Below, piece by piece: positions 33,559-37,407 of a stretch of 37,407 nucleotides of DNA. Under the pieces are notes generated by a model, which was not told where the DNA came from, made no database searches, and saw only the letters and a list, made by a program, of their open reading frames with translations. The stretch covers positions 1-37,407 of IMG/VR virus record IMGVR_UViG_3300045988_109372; one strand, 5' to 3'. The translations under genes and the position numbers were made by a program. The number at the start of each line of letters is the position of its first letter. The stretch's first letter is position 1. This DNA is from a virus.

Positions 33559-34086
33559 TCATATATTTGCGTTTTTACCGTAGAATATCTTGCCGCTTTC
33601 CAAGTTCTTTTTGTAATAGCAGGATTTAGAACGGATTATATCCGGGTGCAAGCACTTTTTAGCATCTGAACACTTCAAATATAATCCGCAACATCCAAAA
33701 TGCTCTGTTGGCTCAAATATTCTGACATTCTCATCAGTAATAAGTTCAGCAGCTTTTACAGCTTCGTTTTTTGTGTGGAATGTACATTGTATGAAATTCT
33801 GAGGGCTTTTCAGCAATTTTGTACCTGCAGGAGATATTTCAAGCGTATCATAAACTCTTTTATTGCAAGAAATTACCGTGAATTTTGTATTCACTTTGAA
33901 GAAAAGACATTTTTCAAAATAGACTGAATACCCGGTAAGTTTGTCCTTGCTTTTGTTTTCCTGTATGCTGAAAAGTCCGTTTGAACATTTCCATTTTGCT
34001 GAAACTGTTAATATTATGTTTTCTAAAGTGGTTTTACAATCTAAATCTTCGGGTTCATTTTCAAATAATGCCATCTGCTCTATCAT
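33559..34086 (-). CDS. Hypothetical Cys-rich protein (175 aa)
   Basis: The start overlaps the upstream stop by 4 nt. The C-terminal cluster is HFGCCGLYLKCSDAKKCLHPDIIRSKSCYYKKNLESGKIFYGKN (6 Cys plus His, metal-binding-like). No family name could be assigned with confidence. Confidence 0.6.
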   Translation of the reverse strand: MIEQMALFENEPEDLDCKTTLENIILTVSAKWKCSNGLFSIQENKSKDKLTGYSVYFEKCLFFKVNTKFTVISCNKRVYDTLEISPAGTKLLKSPQNFIQCTFHTKNEAVKAAELITDENVRIFEPTEHFGCCGLYLKCSDAKKCLHPDIIRSKSCYYKKNLESGKIFYGKNANI

Positions 34087-35168
34087 AACTGCACGTCCTT
34101 TTCTTTTAGTATCATAATCGGATAGCCTTTGCTTCTGAGTTCTATTGCTTTTTTCGCCTTAGTGCCATAAGTTCCGCAAGCCCAGCTGTCAGACCCTCTC
34201 TCACCTATAAGAAGAATGTCGGTTTTTCTTGTAACGCCGCTAACTACTGTAGCGCCTATTTCGGACAATCTTTCTTGTACTTCTTGCCTACTCCCATAAT
34301 CGAAATCGCCGGTCAGACAGATAGACTTTTTGCTAAGTTCTACATCAACAGCGCCTATTTCTGTATTGAGTGGATCAATTTGTGCTTTGAAAAATTCAAG
34401 AAGATAATCAAGCTCGGATTGTTCTATTATCCCGTCCTCAATTACTTTCCAGATTGCGTTATTTATAATGTCGTATGGGTAATTACCTGCAAGCTGCTCA
34501 TTGTTAATCATCCATTCTTCAAGACCTAACAGTTCTTCTTGTGTCAGAATGTCATCGCAGGTTATACCTATCAATATGCCGTGCAATGTTTGTAACCCTT
34601 TTGTAATAGGATTCAGCACTCTTTGTTTCGGCGGCTTTATCTCAAGTACAAGAGCGGAATGATTTTTCAATGCTGTCATTAAGCTGTGAGTATGGTAGCA
34701 GTCTGCAAGAGCTCTGTGATGTATACCGCTATCTTTTATTCCGAGCTGTATTATCATATCTTCGAGCTTGTGGCTGACATCGGGGTATTCTTGCTTGCAC
34801 ACAGCTAAAGTATCATATGTATCATTTTTAAAATCAAGCCCACAAGCAACGCATTTTTTACTGATAAAATTAGCGTCAAATGCAATATTATGTCCTACAA
34901 CCGTATCATTATCAATAAATCGCAGAAAATCAGATAGGGTATCGTCAAGCTCTTTTGCATCTGCCAACATATCATCAGTTATGCCTGTAATCTGAGAAAC
35001 AGCTTTCGACAATGGCTTGCTTGCTTTTATAAGCCGAGAAAATTCAGCGACAACTAAGTTATTACGAACACGCAAAGCACCGATTTCAATTATATCATCC
35101 TTGTCCGGTGACAAGCCTGTTGTTTCAATGTCTACTATTGTGTAGTCGTTCAGTTCCTGTATATTCAT
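34083..35168 (-). CDS. DEDDh 3'-5' exonuclease (DnaQ/epsilon-like) fused to a helical middle domain and a C-terminal BRCT domain
   Basis: ExoI is VDIETTGL, ExoII is GHNIAFDANFI and ExoIII is HHRALADC. The C-terminus ICLTGDFDYGSRQEVQERLSEIGATVVSGVTRKTDILLIGE...KAIELRSKGYPIMILKE is BRCT-like, as in NAD-ligase C-termini. Confidence 0.8.
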   Translation of the reverse strand: MNIQELNDYTIVDIETTGLSPDKDDIIEIGALRVRNNLVVAEFSRLIKASKPLSKAVSQITGITDDMLADAKELDDTLSDFLRFIDNDTVVGHNIAFDANFISKKCVACGLDFKNDTYDTLAVCKQEYPDVSHKLEDMIIQLGIKDSGIHHRALADCYHTHSLMTALKNHSALVLEIKPPKQRVLNPITKGLQTLHGILIGITCDDILTQEELLGLEEWMINNEQLAGNYPYDIINNAIWKVIEDGIIEQSELDYLLEFFKAQIDPLNTEIGAVDVELSKKSICLTGDFDYGSRQEVQERLSEIGATVVSGVTRKTDILLIGERGSDSWACGTYGTKAKKAIELRSKGYPIMILKEKDVQL

Positions 35169-35398
35169 TGTTGCACCTCATTTTCACAATCTCCAACAAA
35201 TTTTATATCAGAATACAAATGACCTCTGCTTATATGCTTTAATTCATGTTTTAAAGCTAACATTTGTTTAGCAGGGCACTTGTTCTGATTTATAAAGACA
35301 ATGTAATCACCGTTTTTTATCACAGTTACACCGTTGACGGAAGACGGTAAATCTGCTGTATAAATATAAACGCCGTCAATATCACACTCAATTCTCAA
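35165..35398 (-). CDS. Minimal ImmA/IrrE-like metallopeptidase (77 aa)
   Basis: It has the HExxH motif LKHELKHISRGH, preceded by GVTVIKNGDYIVFINQN as in ImmA/IrrE proteins. The TTG start overlaps the repressor stop. It is much shorter than typical ImmA. Confidence 0.55.
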   Translation of the reverse strand: MRIECDIDGVYIYTADLPSSVNGVTVIKNGDYIVFINQNKCPAKQMLALKHELKHISRGHLYSDIKFVGDCENEVQQ

Positions 35399-35772
35399 TT
35401 ATCATCACCTTCAGACAACAATGCTTCAATTATTTTCGCAGCTTTTTCTACATCTTTTTTAGTGGCATTTTTGGTAAGTGAAAATATCATCCTAAGCTCC
35501 GGACGGTTTTTTAGTTCTTCAAGATATTCAGTGAGTTCCTCGTCATCATTAACAAGAGCGTCCGATGAATCTTCATTCCAACCCATTAAGTAAGCAGGAG
35601 TAGTGCTAAGTGCATTAGCAATCAGCTCAATCCTATCAGAAGGAATGTTAGTAATAATTCCTTTCTCGTATTTATAAATGTTTTGCTTGGTCGTGTTAGC
35701 TTTTTCGGCAAGTTCTCCTTGCGATAATTTAGCTTCTTCACGAAGTAGTTTTATTTTTTCGCCTATAGTCAT
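35395..35772 (-). CDS. CI/ImmR-like XRE-family repressor
   Basis: MTIGEKIKLLREEAKLSQGELAEKANTTKQNIYKYEKG is an XRE HTH. It is divergent from the Cro-like gene. ATG 35772 is preferred over GTG 35781 (AAGGGG RBS). Confidence 0.85.
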   Translation of the reverse strand: MTIGEKIKLLREEAKLSQGELAEKANTTKQNIYKYEKGIITNIPSDRIELIANALSTTPAYLMGWNEDSSDALVNDDEELTEYLEELKNRPELRMIFSLTKNATKKDVEKAAKIIEALLSEGDDN

Positions 35773-35792
35773 TTTTGTCACCCCTTGTATAT

Positions 35793-35821
35793 ATTATATA
35801 CTTAATACGGTAACTTGTCAA
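35793..35821 (-). promoter_or_regulatory. Leftward consensus promoter of the lysogeny operon
   Basis: The minus strand has TTGACA (plus-strand TGTCAA at 35816..35821), a 17-nt spacer, and TATAAT (plus-strand ATTATA at 35793..35798). The -35 lies inside the left arm of a 15-bp inverted repeat (35811..35825). Confidence 0.7.
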
Positions 35822-35854
35822 GACAAAAAAGTTAAAAAAAGTGTTAAAAGTGTC

Positions 35855-35883
35855 TTGACAAGTTACAAAAGACGTGATATAAT
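35855..35883 (+). promoter_or_regulatory. Rightward consensus promoter of the early (Cro-side) operon
   Basis: TTGACA at 35855..35860, a 17-nt spacer, and TATAAT at 35878..35883. The -35 lies inside the right arm of the inverted repeat (35851..35865). Confidence 0.7.
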
Positions 35884-35887
35884 CAGA

Positions 35888-35904
35888 GTAACTTAAAAAG
35901 TTAC
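35888..35904. promoter_or_regulatory. Operator-like 17-bp palindrome GTAACTT-AAA-AAGTTAC
   Basis: A perfect 7+3+7 palindrome between the -10 and the RBS of the Cro-like gene. The AAGTTAC half-sites recur next to both -35 boxes. Confidence 0.6.
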
Positions 35905-35916
35905 GGAGGTGAGAAC

Positions 35917-36141
35917 GTGGTAGACACAAATAAGTTAAGAGCTATGTGGGTAGCAAAAGGGCTAAGGCAGGCTGATGTTGCAAGACTGATTGATATGTCA
36001 GAAAGAACATTTTCAAGAAAAATGAAAAGAGGCATATTTGGCAGTGATGATATGGAAAAGTTAATAGACGCTTTGCAAATATCTGAGCCTTGCTCTATTT
36101 TTTTTGCTAACAAAGTAACTTGTAAAGTTACTAAGATGTAA
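35917..36141 (+). CDS. Cro-like/XRE-type HTH early regulator
   Basis: GTG start 8 nt after GGAGG. LRAMWVAKGLRQADVARLIDMSERTFSRKMKRG is an HTH. It is divergent from the repressor. Confidence 0.7.
   Translation: MVDTNKLRAMWVAKGLRQADVARLIDMSERTFSRKMKRGIFGSDDMEKLIDALQISEPCSIFFANKVTCKVTKM
36115..36131. promoter_or_regulatory. Second operator-like palindrome GTAACTT-GTA-AAGTTAC
   Basis: It has the same 7-nt half-sites and spacing as 35888..35904. It is located in the last codons of the Cro-like gene, about 227 bp downstream. Confidence 0.5.
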
Positions 36142-36166
36142 AACAGCAGAAAGCGAGGTGAACAAA

Positions 36167-36355
36167 ATGACCGTAACAGAGAAAAATGTTAAGACATCGG
36201 CGGCAATACTTAATATTCTTGCCGAAAACAAATGCACCGTTGCAGAAGCGGAAGAAATCTTGAGCTTTTGCTCAAGGATACTCCGCAGAAGAGCAACGGT
36301 GCCGGAAGAAGATTACTTAGCGGATTTTACCGCTCGTTTTCTGAACGGTAACTAA
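36167..36355 (+). CDS. Hypothetical protein (62 aa)
   Basis: ATG 36167 lies 8 nt after GCGAGG. It is a same-strand early-operon ORF. Confidence 0.45.
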   Translation: MTVTEKNVKTSAAILNILAENKCTVAEAEEILSFCSRILRRRATVPEEDYLADFTARFLNGN

Positions 36356-36375
36356 AGCAAGGAGAGGAGAACAAA

Positions 36376-36555
36376 ATGTTTATTTCAAAAAAGCGTTACC
36401 ACGAAATAAAAGAACAGATATCGTCACTTGAGACGCGTGTCCGCATTCTTCAAAGTCAGTCACAAGCAATGACATTCTATTACGGAAAAGTTGATTTTCC
36501 GAAATTTGCGGAACTTATAGAACACGATATCAGCGATCTGAAAGCAAGAAAATAA
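36376..36555 (+). CDS. Hypothetical protein (59 aa, coiled-coil-like)
   Basis: ATG follows AAGGAGAGGAGAA. The translation is MFISKKRYHEIKEQISSLETRVRILQSQ.... It is below the ORF-track cut-off. Confidence 0.45.
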   Translation: MFISKKRYHEIKEQISSLETRVRILQSQSQAMTFYYGKVDFPKFAELIEHDISDLKARK

Positions 36556-36573
36556 TGTAAAGGAGGTGAGTTC

Positions 36574-36699
36574 ATGAAGCCGCTGACGATAAACGTTGAC
36601 ACAAGCGCCCTTGACGAGGCAGAAGAAAAAGTGAGCCGCTTACTCTCTTTACTTAAAGAAGTAAAGGAGATCATCGGCTCGCTTAAGGTAGAAGATTAA
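36574..36699 (+). CDS. Hypothetical protein (41 aa)
   Basis: ATG follows AAAGGAGGTGAG. The translation is MKPLTINVDTSALDEAEEKVSRLLSLLKEVKEIIGSLKVED. Confidence 0.4.
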   Translation: MKPLTINVDTSALDEAEEKVSRLLSLLKEVKEIIGSLKVED

Positions 36700-36730
36700 A
36701 TCATAAGACACAAGAAAAAAGAGGTACACA

Positions 36731-36937
36731 ATGGCAAGCATTAAGACGCAAGTACGCAACTGGGACTTCTTGCCCGTGATGCTGTCGCAGGAGTACCTTG
36801 CAGGGCTTATGGGTATCACGATACCCGAAGTTACAAGGTACTGCAGACTGGGCAAGATACCCGGTGCAAAGAAGGTAGGAAAGTACTGGTTCGTTGAAAA
36901 ATCAGTGCTGAGAAATTATATGGAGGGACAAGCGTAA
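36731..36937 (+). CDS. Excisionase-family/MerR-like HTH DNA-binding protein
   Basis: LSQEYLAGLMGITIPEVTRYCRLGKIPGAKKVGKYWFVEKSVLRNYM fits the excisionase-type HTH pattern (..tv.r....g.ip..k.G..w.......l..w). Confidence 0.65.
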   Translation: MASIKTQVRNWDFLPVMLSQEYLAGLMGITIPEVTRYCRLGKIPGAKKVGKYWFVEKSVLRNYMEGQA

Positions 36938-37170
36938 TGAAGAAACAAATTATCCTGTACATACTCGCAAGGGTAGTACAGGTAATTGTAACGGCTCTTG
37001 CGAGCAATATAACAGTTCTGCTGTTTATGGACGTGGCATATCAAGAGCGTGGATACCTCGCTGTCGGCGGTGAAATGTTTCCCGTTGCCATAGTCGCTGT
37101 TGCGGTCTGGTACGGGCTTGGGTGGCTTATGCGGGAGTGGTGCAGGACGATGAGAGGAGGACGCAAATGA
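36937..37170 (+). CDS. Small membrane protein (77 aa, 2 TM)
   Basis: It has two hydrophobic segments (ILYILARVVQVIVTALASNITVLLF and MFPVAIVAVAVWYGLGWL). It overlaps its neighbours by ATGA-type junctions. Confidence 0.5.
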   Translation: MKKQIILYILARVVQVIVTALASNITVLLFMDVAYQERGYLAVGGEMFPVAIVAVAVWYGLGWLMREWCRTMRGGRK

Positions 37171-37407
37171 AAGCAAACGACCCTAACGCCCTACTCGCAC
37201 GTGACGCACGAAGCAGCAAGAGCGGCGATCACAACAGCGGCGATTGCAACAGCGGCAATTGGAACAGCGGCGATCACAACAGCGGCAATCACAACAGCGG
37301 CAATCGCAACAGCGGCAATCGCAACAGCGGCAATTGCAACAGCGGCTATCGCAACAGCGGCGATTGCAACAGCGGCAATTGGAACAGCGGCGATTGCAAC
37401 AGCGGCA
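37167..37407 (+). CDS. 5' part of the wrap-around pentapeptide-like repeat protein (open to the window edge)
   Basis: ATG 37167 overlaps the upstream TGA. The translation is MKANDPNALLARDARSSKSGDHNSGDCNSGNWNSGDHNSGNHNSGNRNSGNRNSGNCNSGYRNSGDCNSGNWNSGDCNSG..., with no stop before the end of the window. The frame is continuous with 1..419. Confidence 0.75.
   Translation, partial: MKANDPNALLARDARSSKSGDHNSGDCNSGNWNSGDHNSGNHNSGNRNSGNRNSGNCNSGYRNSGDCNSGNWNSGDCNSG
37221..37407 (+). repeat. 15-bp coding tandem repeat (about 12.5 units), right-edge part
   Basis: AGCGGC(G/A)AT NNN AAC units are repeated head-to-tail. The variable codon gives H/C/W/R. Confidence 0.9.

Larger units (their letters stand above)
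1..37407. mobile_element. Near-complete temperate phage genome (siphovirus-like, HK97-type head), circularly permuted in this window
   Basis: Lysogeny, early/replication, packaging, head, tail and lysis modules are contiguous. The attP-like tRNA fragment is internal, next to int, rather than att sites lying at the ends. The first 36 nt equal the last 36 nt, and one gene spans the junction in frame. Confidence 0.85.

Noticed and set aside
37221-37407. CRISPR array or non-coding satellite at the window ends
   Set aside because: The units are 15 bp with no spacers, are strictly in frame with an ATG-initiated ORF, and translate to a regular pentapeptide repeat. This is a coding tandem repeat, not a CRISPR array.

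Overview
The window reads as one essentially complete temperate siphovirus-type phage genome of about 37.4 kb, with an HK97-like head and a long non-contractile tail. The host is probably a Firmicutes/Clostridia-like bacterium, judging from the holin, the Cpl-7-type endolysin and the ImmR/ImmA-type switch. The genome appears to be captured in circular or circularly permuted form. The first and last 36 nt are identical, and one pentapeptide-like repeat gene runs off the right edge (37167..37407) and re-enters in frame at the left edge (1..419). An attP-like tRNA-Thr 3' fragment lies internally next to the integrase rather than at the window ends.

Module order on the + strand:
- Early and replication genes (434..10285): PAPS-reductase-like protein, Gp157, P-loop ATPase, DUF669, DUF927/SF3 helicase, an iteron origin, SF2 helicase, VRR-NUC, DUF3310 and a late activator.
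- Packaging and head (10491..16554): HNH, TerS, portal, protease and major capsid.
- Tail (16557..29330), followed by lysis (29565..30906).

On the - strand:
- A two-gene accessory operon (30984..31888).
- attP, then the integrase.
- A translationally coupled lysogeny operon: repressor, mini-ImmA, DEDDh exonuclease-BRCT protein and a Cys-rich protein.

Candidates for something new, in order of interest:
1. A promoter-to-terminator moron inside the tail module. It encodes a membrane-anchored SHOCT-HIRAN protein and a small 2-TM partner.
2. The exonuclease-BRCT and Cys-rich pair hard-wired to the repressor operon.
3. A second accessory operon next to attP, driven by a consensus promoter.
4. The displaced terminase large subunit and gp10-like gene.
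5. A family of six related hairpin elements that bracket the accessory insertions.

All protein-family calls come from remembered motif and consensus recognition. No searches were run.
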